A stretch of 64,000 nt of DNA from NCBI GenBank assembly GCA_030704615.1, contig CM060732.1, forward strand, positions 64,170,001 through 64,234,000, written 5' to 3'. The translations under genes and the position numbers were made by a program. Numbering within the stretch: the first letter of the stretch is position 1; each line of letters starts with the position of its first letter. The notes under the pieces were generated by a model that did not search any database, had not been told where the DNA came from, and saw only the letters and a list, made by a program, of their open reading frames with translations. Source of the stretch: Takakia lepidozioides. Lineage: Eukaryota; Plantae; Bryophyta. Shown here one piece after another: positions 22,601 to 31,449 of the stretch.

Positions 22601-22768
22601 GCTACCCTATTTGCTGCACACCCAGAATGGGAGCAGGTTGCAGAGATGCGGCTGGAAAGCCTAAGTTGTTTGAGAGGTATCTGCTGTGGTGTAGTGACAG
22701 CAACACCAACTGAAGAGAAACCAGCATTTACCCATCACATTTCTATGAAGAAAGAGAAGGAGAAATAG
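19628..22768 (+). CDS. Gag-protease polyprotein (1046 aa)
   Basis: FPIYSGKGDPDVHISQF capsid, LKQKKHETVEEY, three CCHC knuckles (CAKCQNEGHTTTEC, CTICKMDNHSTENC, CYYCNQPGHRKAAC), VLIDGGSGVN protease, YSLLLGRPWL. Confidence 0.95.
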   Translation: MSDEREARRQRYSSKRESYLKANYPYLWERGIDIGESSRPLTPSRSKSASPIPEELELDATPSVSLQERLRELVQEEDQSRGERSEVHPWIKDLTEIFDKSWHGTPKAGTPVSEAEDEEGDEDVAEPTESSDSPTPLQLSYMSEEETQGQNLEDENREKKLEEEEYEEVDPTAEVETTTRTSQPVGPGSSGALGSQANEGVGSGGSGGLPGSGSGGTGSVGSSATEAGNTVNIVGPEARSVQGPPLGGRSTTKTTGPEGPAPARVPAPVSGQKVGPQMALQPTRAKPPFPIYSGKGDPDVHISQFEHMCIVNNENGDDAKMRLFPCSLIKKASEWYARFPDNHFLTWNGLNTAFRNRFRTSKTEDEVYGSLQQLKQKKHETVEEYMEKMELMMKKLAAVPAPGLQKTWFVSGLRPELQKKVDMLPHNTVEEAFETANRIEQLGMLRREKKEDEDSEDESDEEEEQELKRKSKRKEKLKRDNYEKRLEEILKKYATEAATHWRKGVWCAKCQNEGHTTTECHMKEKHCTICKMDNHSTENCYYNRRTAAREPRQVRVHQVQPQPRRSNDQDHYGRSGGYNNGMEGRGNSRGNYQGNSRGNYQGNPRGNYQPGNQDYRNNPRTDQGRGPNGEELCYYCNQPGHRKAACSFWIRHQNEMRAPVNEGPVVAAHMVRPCVVPEVSTMIVTRSKAKLIPPVEEEEDETGSGNDMPEDEETWKDEKELHKEVADTIREMQKSTDIPVADSSDSDGEKEGSEEERKKEDADMQSNEETLAEVICQTKAEITIGQLLAVAPYCRHRLYQAINRIAQETGNTDLNSKVTSYNVKPEGREPVMDFDDSMPVIQLRIGSTELTDVLIDGGSGVNIMTDQLRKKLGLSNMKPAPFTVTMADQRSVQPLGLIRGVKIQIQKMIFMITVTVLKMDEVMEAYSLLLGRPWLKQARVFHDWNSQLLTVHNGMHEIQITTKKSSRLPATRRPRGVREYDWRGGLDEEQEATLFAAHPEWEQVAEMRLESLSCLRGICCGVVTATPTEEKPAFTHHISMKKEKEK

Positions 22769-22791
22769 AAATCCTAGAAGAACCAGCCACT

Positions 22792-25700
22792 GTGAGCTTA
22801 CAGGATGAAGTGGTGACCGGTTGGACAATCACAGCTGATGAGCAGGTGCGAGAAGTAAATGTGGGAACTCAGGAGGAACCGAGGATGGTGAAAGTAGGAG
22901 CTGATTTGGAGCCGGAATTCTTCGAAGAAGCAAAAAGCTTGTTCATCAAATACAGAGATGTATTTGCTTGGAGCTATGAGGATCTAAAATGGATACCACC
23001 TGAAGTCTGTCAGCATAAAATTGAACTGGAACCAGGGTCAGTACCAATCAAGCAGGCGAGGTATAGAATGAATCCCAACTACGCACAGAAGGTTGGAGAA
23101 GAGATAAAGAAGTTGGCTGAGGCTAAGTTTATATACCCAATAGAATATACAACTTGGTTGTCACCCATTGTTATAGTTCCCAAGAAGAATGGCAAACTAA
23201 GAGTATGTGTGAACTATAAGAAGCTGAATGCTTGTACGAAGAAAGATCCTTTCCCTTTGCCATTCACAGAAGCAGTATTAGACACTGTGGCAGGCCATGA
23301 GATGTACTCATTCATGGATGGCTTCAGTGGTTATAATCAAGTGCAAGTGGCAGAAGAAGACCAAGGGAAAACAGCTTTCATCACAGACTGGGGGGCTTAT
23401 GCATACAAAGTCATGCCCTTTGGACTTTGTAATGCACCAGCGACCTTTCAGAGAGTGATAAGTGAATCTTTTCATGAGTATCTGGATGATTTCATGCAGG
23501 TATTCTTGGATGATTTCAGTGTGTACAGCTCTAAGAATGAGCACTTGCATAAATTGGAGTTATGCCTGGCCAGATCCAGGATGAGAGGTCTGGGCTTGAA
23601 TCCAGAGAAGTGTACTTTCTGTGTGAACTCATGGGTGCTTCTGGGACACATAGTGTGTAAGAAGGGACTTCTTGTGGATCCCAGGAAGACAGAGTCCATT
23701 AAAGTCTCTCCACCACCAGTGAATGTTAAGAGTTTAAGGAGATTCCTTGGGCAAACCAGTTATTACAGAAGATTTGTCAAAAGGTATGCACAAATAGCAG
23801 CACCATTGAGCAAGCTTCTGAAGAAAGATGCAGTGTTTGCATGGACAGCTGAATGTCAACAGGCGTTTGAGGAACTTACACTGTCAGTAACAACTACACC
23901 TGTGCTGATTAACCCTCACTGGCATGTAGTATTTCATGTTCACTGCGATGCATCAGGAGAAGCGTTGGGAGCGGTGTTAGCCCAGAATGTTACAGGGAAT
24001 ATAGATTCACCTGTGTACTATGCTAGCCGGTTGATGAACAGTGCTGAGAGGAACTATAGCACAACGGAAAGAGAAGCATTGGCAATGATCTATGCAGTGA
24101 AGAAATTCAGGCATTACCTATTGGGAAGAAAGTTTATGTTTTATGTGGATCACCAGGCTCTGATATATCTGGTGAACAAACCTTTGATAAGTGGAAGGAT
24201 AGCGAGGTGGTTAATAATCTTGCATGAGTTTGAGTTCGAGGTTGTTTACAAGCCTGGCCGTTTGCATCTTGTGGCAGATCATTTGTCACGACTAACAACA
24301 GGAGAGGCCGCCACAGGAGTGGACGATCAGTTACCTGATGCGAGTTTATTTGTAATGGAGGTGCAAGGAAGTGCAGATGAATGGTTAGATTGGCAGTGGC
24401 CAATCAGATACTACCTTGCTCATGGTCAGTGCCCACCTAGTTATGGTAAGGAGCAGAGGAAGAGAATCGCTATCAAAGCTTTACCTTATACTATGGTAGG
24501 AAGCAGAATGTATAAGTTAGGACCTGATGGAGTACTAAAACGATGCTTGTACCACCATGAAGTAAATAAAGTCTTGGAGGAAGTTCATAAAGGAGTGGCT
24601 GGAGGTCATTTTGGAGAAGAGACTACCAGTAGAAAGATACTACTCGCAGGATACTGGTGGCCTACTTTGTTCAAAGATGTACATGAGTATTGTCAGAAGT
24701 GTGATGAATGTCAGAGGCTAGGACCTTTGCAGAGATCTGGAAGAATGGCCTTGCATCCTACAATGCCTACGGAACCATTTCAGAAATGGGGACTAGACTT
24801 TGTTGGACCAATTAGTCCACCATCCAAGAATACACAAAACAGGTACATAATTACAGCCACTGATTATACTACAAAGTGGGTGGAAGCTAAAGCTTTGAGG
24901 GACAACACAGCCAAGTCCACAGCAAGGTTCCTGTACGAGAACATACTTACACGATTTGGATGTCCCTTAGAATTTATCAGTGATCAAGGAAGTCACTTCA
25001 TGAATGAGACCATTGAGTTATTGACTAAAGAGTTTATGATTGTGCATAGAAAGAGTACAACATATTACCCACAGGGTAATGGACAGGCAGAGGCTACCAA
25101 CAAAATACTATGTACTATCTTGGCTAAGATAGTCAATGCAAACAGAACGGATTGGGATACAAAGCTGCTGACAGCTTTATGGTCATACAGGACTTCGTAT
25201 AAAGTCACCACAAAGTATACACCATTCCAATTAGTTTATGGTATGGAAGCCTTACTTCCAGTGGAATTCCTGTTACCTACCATGAGAACGGAGTGGGGAA
25301 AAAGAATGGAATTGCAAGACTCCATCAAGGTCAGGAAACATGAATTATACCATGTGGAAGAAATACGTGCTGATGCAGCTGATAATATGACCAGAATTCA
25401 GATGAAGAGAAAGGAACAGTTTGATGAAGGCAAGTTAAAGACTTTTAAGACGGGGGATTTGGTTCTATGGTTGCAAAAGAAAGGAAAGATTCAAGCTTCT
25501 AAGCTTAAATCACCATGGAAAGGACCTTATGTCATACAAAAGATGTATGATAACAACACAGCCATGTTACAAACCATTAACAAAGAAATGCTGGGAAGAG
25601 TCAATGCAAATAAGTTGAAGGGGTACAGTGGTATCCATGACAAACCCCTGCAGCATGATTTGCATGTTGAACCGCAAGAGCAGTCACGGGCTGCACCAGT

Positions 25701-26046
25701 GTTACGAACGGAGTATGGAACACTTGTCGCTAGGCCCAGTATATATGACCGGGGTGGGCAAAACAAACGTGACACAGCCTATCACAGCCCATCACGGCGT
25801 GACACAGCCTATCACAGCCCAGCACGGCGCAACACAGCCTATCACAGCCCATCACGGAGTGACACAGCCTATCACAACCTACCGCAGCGTGTCACAGCCT
25901 ATCACAGCTTACCACAATGCAACACAGCCTATCACAGCGTAACACAGTATGACACAGCCTGTCACAGCTCAACACAGCCTACTAAAGTTACACGATCCAT
26001 AGAATCAGTGACAAGTGGACACATAAAAACTTCAGAAAATGGCTGA
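22792..26046 (+). CDS. Pol: reverse transcriptase-RNase H-integrase (frame open from ~22714, -1 relative to gag)
   Basis: MDGFSGYNQ, MPFGLCNAPATFQR, VFLDD; RH HCDASG..TEREALA..VDHQAL; INT H..H..CQKCDEC, WGLDFVGP, SDQGSHF, QAEATNK, WKGPY. No chromodomain. Confidence 0.95.
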   Translation: MSLQDEVVTGWTITADEQVREVNVGTQEEPRMVKVGADLEPEFFEEAKSLFIKYRDVFAWSYEDLKWIPPEVCQHKIELEPGSVPIKQARYRMNPNYAQKVGEEIKKLAEAKFIYPIEYTTWLSPIVIVPKKNGKLRVCVNYKKLNACTKKDPFPLPFTEAVLDTVAGHEMYSFMDGFSGYNQVQVAEEDQGKTAFITDWGAYAYKVMPFGLCNAPATFQRVISESFHEYLDDFMQVFLDDFSVYSSKNEHLHKLELCLARSRMRGLGLNPEKCTFCVNSWVLLGHIVCKKGLLVDPRKTESIKVSPPPVNVKSLRRFLGQTSYYRRFVKRYAQIAAPLSKLLKKDAVFAWTAECQQAFEELTLSVTTTPVLINPHWHVVFHVHCDASGEALGAVLAQNVTGNIDSPVYYASRLMNSAERNYSTTEREALAMIYAVKKFRHYLLGRKFMFYVDHQALIYLVNKPLISGRIARWLIILHEFEFEVVYKPGRLHLVADHLSRLTTGEAATGVDDQLPDASLFVMEVQGSADEWLDWQWPIRYYLAHGQCPPSYGKEQRKRIAIKALPYTMVGSRMYKLGPDGVLKRCLYHHEVNKVLEEVHKGVAGGHFGEETTSRKILLAGYWWPTLFKDVHEYCQKCDECQRLGPLQRSGRMALHPTMPTEPFQKWGLDFVGPISPPSKNTQNRYIITATDYTTKWVEAKALRDNTAKSTARFLYENILTRFGCPLEFISDQGSHFMNETIELLTKEFMIVHRKSTTYYPQGNGQAEATNKILCTILAKIVNANRTDWDTKLLTALWSYRTSYKVTTKYTPFQLVYGMEALLPVEFLLPTMRTEWGKRMELQDSIKVRKHELYHVEEIRADAADNMTRIQMKRKEQFDEGKLKTFKTGDLVLWLQKKGKIQASKLKSPWKGPYVIQKMYDNNTAMLQTINKEMLGRVNANKLKGYSGIHDKPLQHDLHVEPQEQSRAAPVLRTEYGTLVARPSIYDRGGQNKRDTAYHSPSRRDTAYHSPARRNTAYHSPSRSDTAYHNLPQRVTAYHSLPQCNTAYHSVTQYDTACHSSTQPTKVTRSIESVTSGHIKTSENG
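25771..25980 (+). repeat. 30-bp tandem repeat (GACACAGCCTATCACAGCCCATCACGGCGT-like, ~7 units) in the pol 3' end
   Basis: Translates as repeated RRDTAYHSPS-like decapeptides. Confidence 0.9.
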
Positions 26047-26374
26047 AGGAAGAAGAAACGGAAATTAATTTAAAAATAGACACGTGGAGGTCAGGGTGCG
26101 ACACACAGCAGAGAATGAAGTGCAAGGACAGGTGTCAAAAAGAAAAAGGACAAGAACGGCCGTCAAAAGGGATGAAAGGCGGGCCCATTAATGAATACGG
26201 AAAAAGGGAAACGGAACGAACGGCAAGTACAGAAAAGCCGAATTCATGTCGCATGTGTGATCCTAGTGGACTATCCAACAGGGAAAGTCCACTAAAGAAG
26301 ATAAAAGTTAAAATCCAGTCACAGCGGATACAGCCAATAGAAAACCAGAAAATGATCAAGAAAATGGAGGGAAA

Positions 26375-29300
26375 TTGAGCGCAAGAGGCGGCGTCGTTCT
26401 GAGTAACGGGCGTCTCGACAGGACAGGCCATAAATGCTATAACTTGGAAACTATGGAGGAACTAACAGACTATACGCTCGCAATATTACTTACGCAGTGG
26501 CATAGACACGAAACGACAGAGCAGAGCTTTTCTCTTGAGCAATGCTTGCAAGCCCCGCAGGCTTACAAGAGATTACCCATAGCTTTCTGCGGCAACCATA
26601 CGTTTATGCTTTGTGCACTACAGGCATTCCTGCAGTTGTTACAGCCAAAGCAGTTCTGTGAGTCTAAGATGAAGAGAGTGAGAGGAATGGAGGAAATCAG
26701 GGTGAAGAGCACCACAATTCTGCAGAAACAAACGATGGCTACCCCACAGGCGATAAAGATACTGAAGGAGCTGAGATTGGAAGGATTGCAAAGCATGGAT
26801 TGGACACTACACCATAGACAGTACATGTTACAATTTTTGCAGAACTTTGAGCCAAAGACAGGAACAACAACGGTGAAGGGAGTTGAATTAATGATTACTC
26901 CCCTATACCTCCAGCAATTGTTTCGATTGCCAGCAGGTCATGTGTATGTGGAGGAACACAGGGAAAGACTGCAAATAGGGGATTTATTCCAAGAAGGGAG
27001 TTTCTTTAAAACTCAGGGTTATGCTTGTACCAAAGCTGTGTACCCAGGGTTAAAAGACATAGGCCAAGTATTGAACGTTCTGATTGCCCTGAAACAGAAC
27101 CAACAATATTTGAGCAGATCCTTCACAGAGGAAATCCTCAAAGGCTTGAAGGGACAAGAGGTACAATGGGCGGACATAATGTACAACGCACTGGTAGAGG
27201 AGATGAAAAGATTACAAGGTACTACCGCAAAATCTCCTATCATAGTGTCTGGCCCAATCATTGCTCAAATAATCCTTGATTCTGGCATACTTAATGCACA
27301 AGAAAGGAAGGAAATGGGAGTGTTTGAGCCAGAAACAACTGCAATGGAAGAGCAAGGCTCTTCACACAGTGAGGGTGGACTAGCAGCACAACCCGAGACT
27401 AAGAGGCAGAGAAGGGGAAAGACTGTAGTGGCAGATCCACTGGCTTCACGGATTCCGCATGATAATGTTTCCCAAGCTCATAACCAGGAAGGGGCACAGC
27501 AACAAAAAATGTTATTACTGGAAGCAGGACCTTCAGAGAGGGAGGAAGAAGTTACTTCTGCATCACAACCAACACAGCCACTTGAACGACTTGTCACAAG
27601 GTCACAAGTTATCCATGCAGCTCAACCCGAAATAATTGATTTGGAAAGTGAAGGGATAGATATTCCAACTACAGAACAGATAGTGGCAGAAATAGAGAAA
27701 GGGGACCTTCTCTATGAATATTCTGGTCTGGTCAAGGAGACAGAAATCCCAGAGGTGCAACAGTTGCCCAAGAGAAATCCTGAGGTACATATAATGCACA
27801 CACCTGTGTCGGAGGTACCACAGGCGGAAGGCCATGACACTGTAGCACCGGTCATAAATGAAGTAGTTCAGGAAGAAAATCCGGTGGGACAATGGTCTGA
27901 ATGGTTAGTGAGACATCATACTGTTGAAGATCAGGAGGAACAGCAGCAACCTCACCATGATGACCCTCAACAGGCAATGCTGATGAGTTCCATAGGCATG
28001 ACACTTAATTTGTTGGGGACTTATGTCAAAACCCATGTTCCAATTACCCAATTGACAGCCTTGAAAGAAGAACTCAGGAAGGAGTTTGAGGCTCGACTTG
28101 CCACTGAGTGTGCAAACAAGGTCGATGAAGAGGTCACTCTCAAGATGAAGCAGGACTTGGCCAATACAGAAATGGCTTTGCAATTGGCCAAGCAACAATT
28201 GATTGAGGCAGGCCTCGCGCAAGACCAGTTGCACGAAGCACATAAGCAACAGCTATACCAAATGCAGGTGCAGCATGAAAGCAAGTTGCAAGAACTGAAT
28301 GCACTACATACGGAGTTGCAGACAGTGCATAACAGGATGGCGATACAATGCGCTACATTTACAACTATGCTTGACCAATCAACAAAAGAAATAAACAGTC
28401 AAGCGGAAAAATGTACGAAGGCAGAAGAAGAGAATGTGGAGCACATGAAGCTCATTGTCGATATGAAGAATACAATCTGTCGCAATGAAGATACTTTCAA
28501 GCAATACAGGCAGATGGAAGCTGAGCAAGAGAAATACATCGTGGAGTTGCAACAAACCATCGTGGCCAATAGAAATGAAATCGCGGTCAGTAACAAGGCT
28601 TCGAAGGAAGCCAATAATCTACTTGCTGCCTATGCGCAATTGGTTGAGCCACAGGCGAAGCGCATGGAGGCTTTACAACAGCAGTTGGAATTGTACAAGC
28701 TAAGAGAAGAGCAAACTCTCAGGGGAACCACAAGCAGCTTGGTGGATAACAGCCTTATGCAGGTCTGGTTAGCACAAGGGCCAGTAGAGGGCAAAAGCCC
28801 ACGGAAGCTCACCCAAAGCGAGATGAATGAGCTCAGACTGCAGGTGCAGAACATTGCCACAACTACTATAGACAATGTCTATAGTAGGATAGCAGAGTTA
28901 CAAGAGGATGTAGACGGACTCCAGACTCAAGTGGAAGACCTCACTTCAAACATCGACCAAAGAGTCTATATCCCTCAGGAACAGCTAATGGCTTCTTATT
29001 TGCAAGCCAGAACTCTGGCTTTTCAGTCTTCACAGGAGGTGCAGGAGATGCCAATGGTACAGGAACCAGTACCACCACCACCACAACAGGTCAGTGTACC
29101 AGTAGCTGAACCTGTGGTTACTACAACCACACCACAGCCACCACAGCCGGAGGTATGGGGCAATGCAGCTTTTAACCCACCTAAAACTCCAGCTGCCAGG
29201 GAGTACAGTAGGGCTATGATTATGCCCTTCAACCAAATTCCCATCATGTTGGATTTGGCTTGGAAAGAATTTAGTCCTCCGCAGTCATTCGCACATTACT

Positions 29301-30217
29301 ACCAAATCATGCGTATTTGGCTGCCAGTGGCAACCAGGACTAAAGTTCTTCCAAACAATCGACATATTGAAGATCATCACTTTGCACAATACTGGCACGA
29401 GGCAGGTACCATGTTGAGGGAATTGGTTGCTTTCCAGGTTGTACATGGACTCATTTATACCAAGACCAAGGAGATAGCAAGTATTGTCATGGGGTGCGGG
29501 CTATACTACGCTGCTTGTTTTCTGATACGTTACCACATTGAGCAACAAAAGATGCAAGCACGCTTTCAAAGTTACTCCAGTGGAGATCATTGGGTATTAC
29601 CTTCGGTGCCACCTCATATGTACCTATATGACCCAAAAGTTATGATACAGAAGGATTCTCAAATTCGTTCATGGTTTCAAGCAGCCTGCAACAATTTGTC
29701 AACACAGAAATTCGGACTTGATGACATTTTCTATAAGGGACATATCGCATGGAAATACTTGCACGCTGCACCAGTAATTGGTACCCCACTCATTTGGACA
29801 GACAAGGAGCTCAGTGTCTACACCAATTTTGCTGTTCAACGGTTACACCAGGTCGTAAAATGCAAACTTCCAGACATGGTAGGACAGCATTGTATGCCCA
29901 AGATGATTCCACAAAAAGTTCGAAAATTAAAACACCTGAGAGGCGATGAGGATTCTGATACAACTGTTTCTTCACAGAATTCTTTTGACATGGAAGAAGA
30001 CTATGCAATTCAGATGGAAGAGAAGAAGCAAAGGGGATCTCCTATGCCGGAACGATTACCTCGATATCAGCCTCCAGAAGGCCTCACTTATCCAGGTAGT
30101 GATCAACCATCTCCGTCAACCAGAGACAGACCTCGGGCTCGTACACACAGCCCGCCACGAAACTCTCAACGTCAACAAGGTGCTCACTCACAAAGGGTTG
30201 CTACTCAGAAACAGTAA
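26375..30217 (+). CDS. Large 3' accessory ('env-like' position) ORF, ~1250 aa, with a plant-transposon-protein/PMD-like N-terminal region and a long coiled coil
   Basis: Uninterrupted frame between INT and the PPT; LQFLQNF..TVKGVELMITPLYLQQLFRLPAG..VQWADIMY resembles Athila/Tat accessory proteins; Q/E/L heptad region ~28050-28950. True start uncertain (first ATG ~26453). Confidence 0.8.
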   Translation: MSARGGVVLSNGRLDRTGHKCYNLETMEELTDYTLAILLTQWHRHETTEQSFSLEQCLQAPQAYKRLPIAFCGNHTFMLCALQAFLQLLQPKQFCESKMKRVRGMEEIRVKSTTILQKQTMATPQAIKILKELRLEGLQSMDWTLHHRQYMLQFLQNFEPKTGTTTVKGVELMITPLYLQQLFRLPAGHVYVEEHRERLQIGDLFQEGSFFKTQGYACTKAVYPGLKDIGQVLNVLIALKQNQQYLSRSFTEEILKGLKGQEVQWADIMYNALVEEMKRLQGTTAKSPIIVSGPIIAQIILDSGILNAQERKEMGVFEPETTAMEEQGSSHSEGGLAAQPETKRQRRGKTVVADPLASRIPHDNVSQAHNQEGAQQQKMLLLEAGPSEREEEVTSASQPTQPLERLVTRSQVIHAAQPEIIDLESEGIDIPTTEQIVAEIEKGDLLYEYSGLVKETEIPEVQQLPKRNPEVHIMHTPVSEVPQAEGHDTVAPVINEVVQEENPVGQWSEWLVRHHTVEDQEEQQQPHHDDPQQAMLMSSIGMTLNLLGTYVKTHVPITQLTALKEELRKEFEARLATECANKVDEEVTLKMKQDLANTEMALQLAKQQLIEAGLAQDQLHEAHKQQLYQMQVQHESKLQELNALHTELQTVHNRMAIQCATFTTMLDQSTKEINSQAEKCTKAEEENVEHMKLIVDMKNTICRNEDTFKQYRQMEAEQEKYIVELQQTIVANRNEIAVSNKASKEANNLLAAYAQLVEPQAKRMEALQQQLELYKLREEQTLRGTTSSLVDNSLMQVWLAQGPVEGKSPRKLTQSEMNELRLQVQNIATTTIDNVYSRIAELQEDVDGLQTQVEDLTSNIDQRVYIPQEQLMASYLQARTLAFQSSQEVQEMPMVQEPVPPPPQQVSVPVAEPVVTTTTPQPPQPEVWGNAAFNPPKTPAAREYSRAMIMPFNQIPIMLDLAWKEFSPPQSFAHYYQIMRIWLPVATRTKVLPNNRHIEDHHFAQYWHEAGTMLRELVAFQVVHGLIYTKTKEIASIVMGCGLYYAACFLIRYHIEQQKMQARFQSYSSGDHWVLPSVPPHMYLYDPKVMIQKDSQIRSWFQAACNNLSTQKFGLDDIFYKGHIAWKYLHAAPVIGTPLIWTDKELSVYTNFAVQRLHQVVKCKLPDMVGQHCMPKMIPQKVRKLKHLRGDEDSDTTVSSQNSFDMEEDYAIQMEEKKQRGSPMPERLPRYQPPEGLTYPGSDQPSPSTRDRPRARTHSPPRNSQRQQGAHSQRVATQKQ

Positions 30218-30238
30218 ACCGTGAGGACACGGCTTTTT

Positions 30239-30252
30239 GAGGGAGGAAGGGG
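30239..30252 (+). promoter_or_regulatory. Polypurine tract
   Basis: GAGGGAGGAAGGGG just before the 3' LTR, preceded by a CCGTG-AGGA-CACGG hairpin (30219-30232). Confidence 0.88.
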
Positions 30253-30256
30253 TAAA

Positions 30257-31281
30257 TGTTAGAGGACTGTAGGGGACTTAGACACTTATACGGGATCTGT
30301 AGGGTACCCTTAATTTTTGCACAGACTGAGACAAACAGGAACCTTAGGGGTGACAGCAGCGCACTGTAGAGGGGGGTTACATAGCCCACACAGCCGACAC
30401 AGCAGTCACAGCCCACACAGCCAACACAGCCCGTCACAGTCGTCACAGCCCACACAGCCCACACAGCCCGTCACAGTCGTCACAGCCCACACAGCCCACA
30501 CAGCCGTCACAGCCCGTCACAGTCGTCACAGCCCACACAGCCCACACAGCCCGTCACAGCAGACACAGCCCACACAGCCAGTCACAGCCCGGCACAGCCA
30601 CACAGCCAGTCACAGCCCGACACAGCCAAACACAGCCAGTCACCGCTTGACACAGCTGTCACGATAATAGGGAACGAAGAGTAGGACAGGGAACGACTGT
30701 GGGGAACAACACCTGTGAAGGGAACATGTTAATTCACATACGACGGTTAGAGAGGGAAACGGTTAGAACCGCGGATAGGAGGATAAAGGGAGAAACGGGG
30801 AATGAAGAAGGGATTATGATTCGGGGGAGGAGGATTTCGGAGAGAGACGGGAGCGGAAGTCGGTGAGCACGATGAAGGAGGAAAGAGGATTAGTAGATGC
30901 TTGTTATATGCAAAGCTGTAGGGATATTGTAGAGGAGAATAGAGACACAATGGCTTCGGCCTGATACCTGATAAATCATAATCTGATACTTATACGATAC
31001 AATCACAATGTGTAGAGAGATCTGAGTGAAGCTGTGGATTGAATGGAGGAGTGAAGGAAACCGATAAATTGATGAAGCAAACTGATACTTAATTATCAAT
31101 GGTAAGGTAGCTAAGATGAATGCGGAAAAGGAAACAAATAGGAAACACCCCCATGATACACTAGCTGTAGGTCATGACTGATTGTTCTGCGCGGGCTGAG
31201 TACTTAGAGATTTCCAACTCTTCTATCTTGGAGTTTCCGCCTCGGATAGCGAAGGGATGGGTGAGTAAAAGCCGCGCGACA
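30257..31281 (+). repeat. 3' LTR (1025 bp)
   Basis: Direct repeat of 17921-19018, followed by the TSD GTTCC. Confidence 0.97.
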
Positions 31282-31449
31282 GTTCCCCATGAACAACCCA
31301 CGTACATTCACTTGTCAATGCCGGATAATATCGATGAGGATTGGGATTGATTGAAGTAGCGGCGACAGTCTTGTGCACCGTAATGGGGTAGATGGCATTA
31401 TGGGCCATGCACATGACAATTTTTTATTTTTGCTAATATGGCGGGATGT

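Larger units (their letters stand above)
17921..31281 (+). mobile_element. Full-length young Ty3/Gypsy LTR retrotransposon (non-chromovirus; Athila/Phygy-like) with extra 5' and 3' ORFs
   Basis: TG...CA LTRs at 17921-19018 and 30257-31281; 5-bp TSD GTTCC at 17916-17920 and 31282-31286; PBS, PPT; gag-PR then RT-RH-INT order. Confidence 0.97.

Noticed and set aside
24300-26046. Chromodomain or additional archaeal-type RNase H (chromovirus/Tat assignment)
   Set aside because: Neither is visible in pol; the C-terminus is the 30-bp repeat.
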